A stretch of DNA of 44,404 nt from Eubacterium sp. CAG:180 (GTDB lineage: Bacteria > Bacillota > Clostridia > Oscillospirales > CAG-272): contig CAVGEJ010000004.1 in NCBI GenBank assembly GCA_963628215.1, positions 1-44,404 on the forward strand, in the 5' to 3' direction. Every line of letters starts with the position of its first letter. The stretch's first letter is position 1. The notes under the pieces are model-generated. The model was not told the origin of the DNA and did not search any database. It worked only from the letters and a program-made list of their open reading frames with translations. A program made the translations under genes and the position numbers. Positions 1-8,103 of this stretch are shown here, piece by piece.

Positions 1-168
1 ACGCAAATTAGGACTGATCTGACAGTTCCCTGTCCAGGTTTTTGTCCGCAGAGCCAGATGTCAATAAATTTTCGACATTTTTTGGAAAGATCAAAGATCT
101 GCCGTTATTTATTCAGCCGGCGCAACCTGATATAGGGTTGTTTTTCGGAAAAAATGTGCGAAAACGGG

Positions 169-197
169 TTGAAAAACAGGAGGAAATGTGTTATAAT
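169..197 (+). promoter_or_regulatory. sigma-70-type promoter candidate (TTGAAA, 17-nt spacer, TGt-TATAAT)
   Basis: TTGAAA at 169-174, exact 17-nt spacer, TATAAT at 192-197 preceded by TGT (extended -10). Lies about 300 nt upstream of purE, so what it drives is unclear (see findings). Confidence 0.45.
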
Positions 198-297
198 AAA
201 ACATGTCAGAGTTGAACAGCGAACAGCCGACGGCTATTCTATGCAAAGCCGACAAAATCGGACTGAAAAAATTGGGCGATTTCTCGGTGTTGCCCTC

Positions 298-326
298 TTG
301 ATTTTTTCCGCCGGATGTGTTATCCT
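298..326 (+). promoter_or_regulatory. weaker second promoter candidate (TTGATT, 17 nt, TGt-TATCCT) directly 5' of the riboswitch
   Basis: TTGATT 298-303, 17-nt spacer, TATCCT 321-326 preceded by TGT. The predicted start near 333 would sit a few nt before riboswitch helix P1. Confidence 0.3.
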
Positions 327-339
327 TATTATTAAGAGG

Positions 340-430
340 TTCTTTGTGACTGACGGATCTGCAGAGAATACTGCGCGGGAGCAAAGAATAATAGGAGGGG
401 GCTTTGGTCTCTTCGCCGACCGTCTGGGCA
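340..430 (+). promoter_or_regulatory. ZTP (pfl motif) riboswitch aptamer candidate
   Basis: P1 TTCTTT (340-345) pairs with AAAGAA (383-388). In between lie GTGACTGACGG (compare conserved UGACUGGCG), a short hairpin and GGGAG, in the conserved order. The 3' subdomain CCGTCTGGGCA (420-430) resembles conserved CCGCCUGGGCA. The G-to-A change in the 5' element (GACGG) is compensated by C-to-T in the 3' element (CCGTC), preserving the pseudoknot. Context (purine operon ending in fhs) is typical for this class. I did not resolve the P3 pairing. Confidence 0.65.
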
Positions 431-474
431 CAGTTAAGTTACCTCAAGCCTTAACTGCGCCCTTTTTGTTTTTC
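428..474 (+). terminator. intrinsic terminator, expression platform of the riboswitch
   Basis: CAGTTAAG (431-438) pairs with CTTAACTG (450-457), and flanking GC pairs can extend the stem. It is followed by TTTTTGTTTTT (463-473). The 5' arm abuts and overlaps the last aptamer nucleotides (CTGGGCA), consistent with an ON-switch. Confidence 0.6.
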
Positions 475-499
475 ATTTTCCCACAGGAGGTTTATCGAT

Positions 500-994
500 A
501 TGAAAAAAGTTGCCGTAATTATGGGAAGCGACAGCGATCTGCCCATCGCAAAAAAAGCCGCCGATACGCTCGCGTCTCTCGGCATTCCGTTTGAAGTACA
601 CGTGTACTCCGCGCACCGCACGCCCGATGAGGCGAAAGCCTTTGCCGCAAGCGCCGCGAAAAACGGATTCGGCGCGATCATCGCGATTGCCGGAATGGCG
701 GCGCATCTTGCCGGCGCCATTGCGGCTTCCACCACGCTCCCGGTTATCGGGATTCCCGTAAAATCGGGTTCGCTCGGCGGCATTGACGCCCTGCTGTCCA
801 CCGTACAGATGCCGTCCGGCATCCCTGTTGCCACGGTTGCGATAGACGGCGGCATCAACGCCGCTTTGCTGTGCGCGGAGATTCTCGCCGTCGGTGACGA
901 CGAACTGGCTGCCGCGCTCATGGAAAAACGCCGCGCGGACGCGGAAAAAGTGCTTGACAAAGACATCGCCATCTCGGCGGAATTCAAAAAATAA
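500..994 (+). CDS. purE: N5-carboxyaminoimidazole ribonucleotide mutase (class I PurE)
   Basis: 164 aa. GSDSDLP, SAHRTP and AGMAAHLAG motifs. GGAGG 9 nt upstream of the ATG. Confidence 0.93.
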   Translation: MKKVAVIMGSDSDLPIAKKAADTLASLGIPFEVHVYSAHRTPDEAKAFAASAAKNGFGAIIAIAGMAAHLAGAIAASTTLPVIGIPVKSGSLGGIDALLSTVQMPSGIPVATVAIDGGINAALLCAEILAVGDDELAAALMEKRRADAEKVLDKDIAISAEFKK

Positions 995-1011
995 ATCGGA
1001 GGATTCCAACA

Positions 1012-1719
1012 ATGGAAAAGAAGGAACAGCTCTACGAAGGAAAAGCAAAAAAGGTTTTTGCAACGGATGACCCCGCGTTGGTCATTGTATCCTACAAGGA
1101 TGACGCCACTGCGCTGGACGGACTGAAAAAAGGAACGATTCTCGGCAAAGGCGCGGTCAACAACCGCATGTCCGACTTCCTCTTCTCGCTTCTGGAAAAG
1201 GAAGGAATTCTGACGCACTTTGTAAAAGAGCTGAACGATCGGGAGGCACTGGTCAGAAAGGTGTCCATCGTTCCTCTGGAGGTCATCATCCGCAACATTT
1301 CCGCCGGCTCGTTTGCAAAGCGCTACGGCGTGGAGGAAGGAATCGTTTTCTCCGAACCGACGATCGAGTTCTCCTACAAAAACGACGCGCTGCACGATCC
1401 GCTTCTCAACTCCTACCACGCTCTGGCTCTGGGGCTTGCAACCAAGGAAGAGATTGAAACCATCAAATCCATGGCGTTCCGGGTCAACGAGATTCTGAAA
1501 GCCTATTTCCTGAAGCTGAATGTCCGTCTGGTGGACTTCAAGTTGGAATTCGGCAGACTCCCCGACGGAAAGATTGTTCTGGCGGATGAAATCTCCCCCG
1601 ACACCTGCCGTTTCTGGGACGCGACCACGGGAGAAAAGCTTGATAAAGACCGTTTCCGCCGCGATATGGGCGGCGTGGAGGACGCTTATCGGGAAATGAT
1701 GAAGCGTGTGTTCGGCTGA
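1012..1719 (+). CDS. purC: SAICAR synthetase
   Basis: 235 aa. [43 protein letters not shown] and LDKDRFRR closely match recalled Bacillus PurC. Confidence 0.93.
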   Translation: MEKKEQLYEGKAKKVFATDDPALVIVSYKDDATALDGLKKGTILGKGAVNNRMSDFLFSLLEKEGILTHFVKELNDREALVRKVSIVPLEVIIRNISAGSFAKRYGVEEGIVFSEPTIEFSYKNDALHDPLLNSYHALALGLATKEEIETIKSMAFRVNEILKAYFLKLNVRLVDFKLEFGRLPDGKIVLADEISPDTCRFWDATTGEKLDKDRFRRDMGGVEDAYREMMKRVFG

Positions 1720-1749
1720 TCGATCCTGTTTTCTCACTGCGGAGGAAGT

Positions 1750-3180
1750 ATGAGTAATCTGAGAGAAGAGTGCGGCGTTTTCGGCGTCTTTTCGCCCGAA
1801 ACGACCGAAGTTGCACACACCGCTTACTACGGTCTTTTTGCACTCCAACACCGCGGGCAGGAGTCCTGCGGAATCGTGGTAAACCGCGACGGCGTTTTCA
1901 GCGGCTACAAGGACACGGGGCTTGTCAACGACGTTTTTACCCCTGCCGTGATGAGCCGTCTCGGAAAAGGCAGAATCGCCGTCGGGCACGTCCGTTACGG
2001 CACGACAGGCTCCAATGACCGCAACAACGCGCAACCGATCGTGGTCAATCACATCAAGGGGCGTATCGCACTGGCGCACAACGGCAATCTGGTCAATTCC
2101 GGAGAGTTGCGGCATGAGTTGGAACTGAACGGTTCCATTTTCCACACCACAAGCGATACGGAAGTCATTTCCTATATCATCACCAAGGAATGGCTGAGCA
2201 CCGATACGCCGGAGGAAGCGGTGGAACGCGCCATGCGCCGGTTGCGGGGCGCTTATTCGCTTGTCATCATGTCCGACAGCAAGCTGATCGCCGTGCGGGA
2301 CGAAAACGGCTTCCGTCCGCTGTGTTACGGAAAAACGTCGGACGGCAGATACATTATCGCCTCCGAAAGCTGCGCTTTGGATTCCGTCGGCGCGGAATTC
2401 GTGCGCGATGTTCTGCCGGGAGAAATTGTGGTGTTTGAGGACGGCGGAGTCCGCAGTATCAAGACCCATTGCAACCGCGTTCCGTGCTCCATGTGCGTAT
2501 TCGAATACATTTACTTCGCCCGTCCCGATTCGGTAATCGACGGTTGCAGCGTTCACGCGGCGCGGATGCGCGCGGGAACATTCCTCGCACTGGAGCACCC
2601 CGTGCAGGCGGATGTGGTGATCGGAGTTCCCGACAGCGGAATCGACGCGGCGATCGGCTACTCCAAGCAATCGGGCATTCCGTATGAACTCGGATTCATC
2701 AAAAACAAATATATCGGACGAACCTTCATCTCCCCCGGGCAGGAAAGCCGCGAGGATCGGGTGCGCATCAAGCTGAACCCGATTACGGAGGTTGTGCGCG
2801 GAAAGCGGGTTGTGATGATCGACGACTCCATCGTGCGCGGCACGACCAGCGCGCGCATTGTGCGCCTTTTGCGGGACGCGGGCGCGAAGGAGATTCATAT
2901 GCGCGTTTCCGCTCCCCCGTTCCTGAATCCGTGCTACTACGGCACGGACATCGACTCCCGCGAAAACCTGATCGCCTGCAAGTATTCGCCCGATGAAATT
3001 GCGGATCGGATCGGCGTGGACTCCCTCGGATATCTCAGCGTGGAAAGTGTAAAACAGATTGCAAAGGGTGTGAAGGGCACGGGATACTGCACCGCCTGCT
3101 TTGACGGAAAGTACCCGACGGAAATTCCCGCCGCGCCCCGGAAAGACCGTTTCGAGTCCCAACCGGAAAACAAGGAGTAA
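1750..3180 (+). CDS. purF: amidophosphoribosyltransferase (Fe-S type, short propeptide)
   Basis: 476 aa. Nucleophile Cys in [17 protein letters not shown] loop [14 protein letters not shown]-terminal CTAC cysteine pair. Confidence 0.93.
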   Translation: MSNLREECGVFGVFSPETTEVAHTAYYGLFALQHRGQESCGIVVNRDGVFSGYKDTGLVNDVFTPAVMSRLGKGRIAVGHVRYGTTGSNDRNNAQPIVVNHIKGRIALAHNGNLVNSGELRHELELNGSIFHTTSDTEVISYIITKEWLSTDTPEEAVERAMRRLRGAYSLVIMSDSKLIAVRDENGFRPLCYGKTSDGRYIIASESCALDSVGAEFVRDVLPGEIVVFEDGGVRSIKTHCNRVPCSMCVFEYIYFARPDSVIDGCSVHAARMRAGTFLALEHPVQADVVIGVPDSGIDAAIGYSKQSGIPYELGFIKNKYIGRTFISPGQESREDRVRIKLNPITEVVRGKRVVMIDDSIVRGTTSARIVRLLRDAGAKEIHMRVSAPPFLNPCYYGTDIDSRENLIACKYSPDEIADRIGVDSLGYLSVESVKQIAKGVKGTGYCTACFDGKYPTEIPAAPRKDRFESQPENKE

Positions 3181-3184
3181 ACGA

Positions 3185-4228
3185 ATGGAAAATTCAAAAT
3201 CGGAAGCATACGCAAAAGCCGGTGTGGATATCACCGCAGGATACCGTGCCGTTGAACTGATGAAACAGCACATTGCCCGCACCGAAACCGACGGCGTTCT
3301 GTCCGGAATCGGCGGATTCGGCGGATTGTTTCAGCCGAACCTCGGCGGCATGACCCAACCGGTGCTTGTCAGCGGAACAGACGGCGTTGGCACGAAACTG
3401 AAGCTTGCCTTTCTTCTGAACCGTCACGACACGGTCGGAATCGACTGCGTTGCCATGTGCGCCAACGATATCATCTGTTGCGGCGCGCGCCCCCTGTTCT
3501 TTCTGGACTACATCGCCTGCGGGAAGAACATTCCCGAGCGGATTGCGGATATCGTAAAGGGCGTCTGCGACGGGTGCGTACAGTCGGAAGCCGCGCTCAT
3601 TGGCGGAGAAACCGCCGAAATGCCGGGGTTCTATCCGGAGGATGAATACGATCTCGCCGGGTTCTGCGTCGGCATTGTGGACAAAAGCAAGATCATCGAC
3701 AATCGGAACATGCAGGCGGGAGACGTTGTGATCGCGCTTTCCTCCTCCGGTCCTCATTCCAACGGCTATTCGCTGATCCGCAAGGTCTTTGACGTGGAAA
3801 ACCGCGACCTGACGGTTCGTTTGCCGGAACTCGGCGGAAAAACGCTCGGAGACGCGCTTCTCGCACCGACCAAAATCTATGTAAAGCCTGTGCTGAAGCT
3901 TCTTGAAAAGGTTTCGGTACGCGGCATTTCCCACATCACGGGCGGCGGCTTTTACGAAAACATTCCCCGCAGCATTCCCGAAGGGCTTTGCGCGGTGATC
4001 GACAGACATGCCGTTCGGGTTCTTCCCATCTTTGATCTGATCGCCAAGGAAGGCAACATCAGCGAGCGCGATATGTTCAACACCTTCAACATGGGGGTCG
4101 GCATGAGCATCGTCGTGCCGGAAGCCGAAGCCGATACAGCGCTTTCCCTGCTGCATGCAGCCGGAGAGGACGCATATATCATCGGCAGGATTGAAGAGAG
4201 CGGAAACGAAAGAATCCGGATAATCTGA
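3185..4228 (+). CDS. purM: AIR synthetase (phosphoribosylformylglycinamidine cyclo-ligase)
   Basis: The start was moved to ATG 3185 ([16 protein letters not shown]), which has AAGGAG just upstream overlapping the purF stop. The track ORF start at 3101 overlaps purF. Motifs GGFGGLF and [10 protein letters not shown]. Confidence 0.92.
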   Translation: MENSKSEAYAKAGVDITAGYRAVELMKQHIARTETDGVLSGIGGFGGLFQPNLGGMTQPVLVSGTDGVGTKLKLAFLLNRHDTVGIDCVAMCANDIICCGARPLFFLDYIACGKNIPERIADIVKGVCDGCVQSEAALIGGETAEMPGFYPEDEYDLAGFCVGIVDKSKIIDNRNMQAGDVVIALSSSGPHSNGYSLIRKVFDVENRDLTVRLPELGGKTLGDALLAPTKIYVKPVLKLLEKVSVRGISHITGGGFYENIPRSIPEGLCAVIDRHAVRVLPIFDLIAKEGNISERDMFNTFNMGVGMSIVVPEAEADTALSLLHAAGEDAYIIGRIEESGNERIRII

Positions 4229-4247
4229 GGACAACCACGCAGAGAAA

Positions 4248-4880
4248 ATGAAAACGGAACAGAATCAAATCAACATTGCCGTACTGGTCTCGGGCGGCGG
4301 GACGAACCTTCAGGCGCTCATCAACGCCGAGCGGAAAGAACTTCTGCACAGCGGCAAAATCGCGCTTGTCATCTCCAACCGTGCGGACGCCTATGCGCTC
4401 AAACGCGCCGAAAAAGCGGGAATTCCGACCGCCCTTGCCGTGAAAAGCGAGTGCGGCGGACAGACAGGCATGGAAGCGCGGATCTGCGCCCTGCTTTCGG
4501 ATTATTCCGTCGACCTGATCATTCTCGCGGGGTTCATGAGCATTCTCAGCGGTGATTTCACATCCCGCTTCGACCATCGGATTCTCAACGTGCACCCCTC
4601 TCTGATCCCCGCTTTCTGCGGCGAGGGATTTTACGGTCTGCGGGTTCATCGGGCGGCATTGGAAAAAGGGGTCAAGGTCACGGGCGCAACGGTGCATTAT
4701 GTCAACGAGATTCCCGACGGCGGAGAAATCATTCTGCAAAAAGCCGTCCGGGTCTGCGACGGTGACACCCCCGAGATGTTGCAAAAACGCGTGATGCGGC
4801 TTGCGGAGTGGAAGATTCTCCCCGCCGCGGCAGAACTGGTTTCCGAAAAAATTCTGAAGGAGAAAGAAAATCATGACTGA
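4248..4880 (+). CDS. purN: GAR formyltransferase
   Basis: 210 aa. IAVLVSGGGTNLQALI, NVHPSLIP and GATVHYV motifs. Confidence 0.92.
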   Translation: MKTEQNQINIAVLVSGGGTNLQALINAERKELLHSGKIALVISNRADAYALKRAEKAGIPTALAVKSECGGQTGMEARICALLSDYSVDLIILAGFMSILSGDFTSRFDHRILNVHPSLIPAFCGEGFYGLRVHRAALEKGVKVTGATVHYVNEIPDGGEIILQKAVRVCDGDTPEMLQKRVMRLAEWKILPAAAELVSEKILKEKENHD

Positions 4881-5595
4881 CGTTTACGAAGTTCTCCCGA
4901 TCGCCGACCGCATCCGAGGCAACCGCTATGTCGGTCGCGGAATCGTCATCGGAAAATCCGCAAACGGAAAATATGCCTGCTCGGCATATTTCATTATGGG
5001 CAGGAGCGCAAACAGCCGCAACCGCATTTTTGTCGAGCGGGTCGGCGTGCTTTACACAGAGCCTTACGACGTTTCCCGCGTGGAAGATCCGAGCCTGATT
5101 ATTTATGCGGCGCAACGCCGTTACGGGAATCGGCTCATCGTAACCAACGGAGACCAGACCGACACGATATATGAAGGACTCCGCGTGGGAAAGACCTTTT
5201 CGGAAGCCTTGGAAACCCGCGCCTTCGAGCCGGATTTTCCGAATCTGACTCCGCGCATCAGCGGAATGCTGACCTTTTCGGAGCAGGATTTTCGCTATGA
5301 AATGAGCATTCTCAAAAGCGCGGACGCCGCGGGAAGCGCCTGCAACCGCTATACTTTCTCCTTTGCCGCACTTCCGGGGCTCGGACACTTTCTTCATACC
5401 TATGTCTGCGACGGCAATCCGCTCCCCACATTCCGGGGAGAGCCGGAGCGGGTATCCGTTCCGGATGACATCGACGCGTTTACCGCCTCCCTCTGGGACG
5501 CGCTCGACGCGGAAAACCGCATTTCGCTTTATGTCCGTTACACCAATCTGGAAACGGGCGCGGAAGAAAACCGCCTGATCAATCAAAACCGATAA
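4873..5595 (+). CDS. IMP cyclohydrolase, PurO-like (archaeal-type) family
   Basis: 240 aa. N-terminal NRYVGRGIVIGKS...YFIMGRSANSRNRIF matches my recollection of the stand-alone IMP cyclohydrolase family. There is an 8-nt overlap (ATGACTGA) with purN. Confidence 0.7.
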   Translation: MTDVYEVLPIADRIRGNRYVGRGIVIGKSANGKYACSAYFIMGRSANSRNRIFVERVGVLYTEPYDVSRVEDPSLIIYAAQRRYGNRLIVTNGDQTDTIYEGLRVGKTFSEALETRAFEPDFPNLTPRISGMLTFSEQDFRYEMSILKSADAAGSACNRYTFSFAALPGLGHFLHTYVCDGNPLPTFRGEPERVSVPDDIDAFTASLWDALDAENRISLYVRYTNLETGAEENRLINQNR

Positions 5596-5604
5596 GGAGT
5601 CGCC

Positions 5605-6789
5605 ATGAAATCGTTTGCGTTAAAATACGGTTGCAACCCGAACCAGTCGCCCGCAAGAATCTTTATGGAAAGCGGAGCGGATCTTCCGATTGAAATTCTG
5701 AACGGAAAACCCGGGTATATCAATTTTCTGGACGCCTTCAATTCCTATCAGTTGGTAAAAGAACTGAAGGCGGCGTTGGGACTTCCCGCAGTCGCCTCCT
5801 TCAAGCACGTCAGCCCTACCTCCGCCGCAATCGGGCTTCCGTTGTCGGAGAAGCTGAAAAAAGCCTGCTTTGTGGAGGATATTCCCGAACTTGACGCGTC
5901 CCCGCTCGCCTGCGCTTATGCACGGGCGCGCGGAACGGATCGGATGTGCTCCTTCGGCGACTGGGTCGCCCTGTCAGACCCGTGCGACGTGCCCACGGCA
6001 CAGCTGATCCGCCGGGAGGTCTCGGACGGAATCATTGCGCCGGGATATGACCCCGAGGCTCTGGAAATTCTGAAAACCAAGCGGAAGGGCAACTACAACA
6101 TCGTGCAGATTGACCCGCAATACGTACCGACGGAGACCGAGCGCAAGCAGGTCTTTGGAATCACCTTCGAGCAGGGCAGAAACAACCTCGAAATTACGCC
6201 GGCTCTTCTGAAAAACATCGTAACCGAAAACAAGGAACTTCCAGAATCCGCCGTCCGCGACCTGCTGATCTCCCTGATTACGCTCAAATACACGCAGTCG
6301 AACTCGGTTTGCTACGCATTCGACGGGCAGGCAATCGGCGTTGGCGCGGGACAGCAGTCCAGAATCCACTGCACCCGTCTCGCGGGCAGCAAAGCGGACA
6401 CGTGGTTTCTTCGTCAGCACGAAAAGGTGCTTGCGCTCCCCTTCCTTCCCACGCTCGGCAGACCCGATCGGGACAATGTCATTGACGGATATATCAACAA
6501 AAACGAAGAGGATGTCTGCGCCGACGGCAACTGGCAGAAGTACTTCACGCAACGCCCCGATCCGCTCACGGAGGAAGAGATCCGCGCGTATCTTGCGGGA
6601 ATAGACGGCGTTTCGCTCGGCTCGGACGCATTCTTCCCCTTCAGCGACAACATTGAGCGCGCGAGAAAAAGCGGTGTGCGCTATGTTGCAGAACCCGGCG
6701 GATCGATCCGCGACGACGCGGTTATCGAATGCTGCAACCGCCACAATATGGTCATGGCGTTCACGGGAGTCCGGTTTTTCCATCACTGA
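5605..6789 (+). CDS. purH: AICAR formyltransferase (AICARFT half of PurH only, no MGS-like cyclohydrolase domain)
   Basis: 394 aa. LKYGCNPNQ (compare LRYGENPHQ), GSDAFFPFSDN and EPGGSIRDD are PurH C-domain signatures. AGGAG RBS upstream. Confidence 0.82.
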   Translation: MKSFALKYGCNPNQSPARIFMESGADLPIEILNGKPGYINFLDAFNSYQLVKELKAALGLPAVASFKHVSPTSAAIGLPLSEKLKKACFVEDIPELDASPLACAYARARGTDRMCSFGDWVALSDPCDVPTAQLIRREVSDGIIAPGYDPEALEILKTKRKGNYNIVQIDPQYVPTETERKQVFGITFEQGRNNLEITPALLKNIVTENKELPESAVRDLLISLITLKYTQSNSVCYAFDGQAIGVGAGQQSRIHCTRLAGSKADTWFLRQHEKVLALPFLPTLGRPDRDNVIDGYINKNEEDVCADGNWQKYFTQRPDPLTEEEIRAYLAGIDGVSLGSDAFFPFSDNIERARKSGVRYVAEPGGSIRDDAVIECCNRHNMVMAFTGVRFFHH

Positions 6790-6833
6790 TCGGAAACGCA
6801 CTGTATATTCACGAAAGGCAGGTACTTCCTTTA

Positions 6834-8102
6834 ATGAAACTTCTTGTTGTGGGAAGCGGAGGGCGTGAACACGCCATCATCAAAAAGCTGAAGGAAAATC
6901 CGACGGTGGAAGTGATCTACGCGCTCCCCGGAAACGGCGGAATCGCCGCAGACGCGGTCTGCGTTCCGATCGGCGCGTGCGAGATTGAGCGCATTGTTGC
7001 GTTCGCCGTTGAAAAGCACATTGATTTTGCGGTCGTCGCACCGGACGACCCGTTGGTGCTCGGTTGTGCCGATCGGCTCAGAGAAGCCGGAATCCCCTGC
7101 TTCGGTCCGGGGGCAAACGCCGCTGTCATCGAGGGCAGCAAGGTCTTTGCCAAGGATTTGATGAAGAAATACGGGATTCCGACTGCGGCATACGAAACCT
7201 TTGACAATATGGATCGGGCTTTGGCGTATCTGGAGACTTCCCCGCTCCCCGTGGTGATCAAAGCGGACGGTCTGGCGCTAGGAAAGGGCGTGACCGTTGC
7301 CGCAACCCGCGAGGAAGCAGTCCGCGCCGTAACCGAAGCCATGCGCGACAAAAAATTCGGGAAAAGCGGGAATCGGATCGTCATTGAGGAATTCCTTTCC
7401 GGTCCTGAGGTTTCGGTTCTGACCTTTACCGACGGAAAAACCGTAGTTCCGATGGTCTCGTCCATGGATCACAAGCGCGCATTGGACAACGACTGCGGAC
7501 AGAACACGGGCGGAATGGGCACGGTCGCGCCCAATCCTTACTACACAAAGGAAATCGCCGAACGTTGCAAAAAAGAAATCTTCCTTCCAACCGTGGAAGC
7601 CATGAACCGGGAGGGACGAACCTTCCGCGGCTGTCTCTATTTCGGGCTGATGCTGACGCAGGACGGACCGAAGGTGATCGAATACAACTGCCGCTTCGGC
7701 GACCCCGAAACGCAGGTGGTACTCCCCCTTCTGGACTGCGACCTGCTCACGGTCATGCAAAAGACCGAGAACGGAACGCTTTCCGAATCCGACGTCAGAA
7801 TCCGTGACGGCGCCGCCTGTTGCGTCATCATGGCATCCGACGGATATCCCGCATCCTACCAAAAGGGATTTGAGATTCGGATTCCCGAGGAAATCCGCCC
7901 TGCGGTCTCGGTTGCGGGCGCCGCTCTGGAAGGAGACAAACTGCTGACAAACGGCGGCAGAGTGCTCGGGGTCACGGCTGTGGCGGACACGCTCCGCGAA
8001 GCGATTGCAGAGGCTTACCGGATGGTTGGAAAAATTTCGTTTGAAAACGCTTATTACAGAAAAGACATCGGCAAAAAGGCGCTGATGGGAACGGAGAAAT
8101 AA
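6834..8102 (+). CDS. purD: GAR synthetase (phosphoribosylamine--glycine ligase)
   Basis: The start was moved to ATG 6834 (MKLLVVGSGGREHAI, the canonical PurD N-terminus). The track start at 6729 overlaps the previous gene. Confidence 0.92.
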   Translation: MKLLVVGSGGREHAIIKKLKENPTVEVIYALPGNGGIAADAVCVPIGACEIERIVAFAVEKHIDFAVVAPDDPLVLGCADRLREAGIPCFGPGANAAVIEGSKVFAKDLMKKYGIPTAAYETFDNMDRALAYLETSPLPVVIKADGLALGKGVTVAATREEAVRAVTEAMRDKKFGKSGNRIVIEEFLSGPEVSVLTFTDGKTVVPMVSSMDHKRALDNDCGQNTGGMGTVAPNPYYTKEIAERCKKEIFLPTVEAMNREGRTFRGCLYFGLMLTQDGPKVIEYNCRFGDPETQVVLPLLDCDLLTVMQKTENGTLSESDVRIRDGAACCVIMASDGYPASYQKGFEIRIPEEIRPAVSVAGAALEGDKLLTNGGRVLGVTAVADTLREAIAEAYRMVGKISFENAYYRKDIGKKALMGTEK

Positions 8103-8103
8103 G

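Noticed and set aside
198-340. Guanine/purine riboswitch, PRPP (ykkC-type) riboswitch or Bacillus-type PurBox in the pur leader
   Set aside because: I looked for the conserved purine-aptamer loops (UAUNNGG / CCGUAAA-like) and for ykkC or PurBox consensus strings and did not see them. Only the pfl/ZTP-like element is supported.
154-594. 146-aa plus-strand ORF crossing the pur leader, the riboswitch, the terminator and the purE start
   Set aside because: It runs through a predicted structured RNA and an intrinsic terminator and ends out of frame inside purE, so it is implausible as a gene.
3101-3184. Longer N-terminal extensions offered by the ORF track for purM (3101), purD (6729), nucleoside hydrolase (34269), the small hypothetical (33844), gpsA (39767), metG (41889), EcfA (28478), EcfT (29197), tatD (38677) and the regulator (33646)
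   Set aside because: The extensions overlap upstream genes or terminators and lack homology-like sequence. Internal starts have good SD spacing and canonical family N-termini, or ATGA coupling.
451-3282. 943-aa minus-strand ORF antisense to purE, purC and purF
   Set aside because: It spans three independently well-supported plus-strand genes and their intergenic gaps, and has Arg/Ala-rich shadow-frame composition with no motifs.
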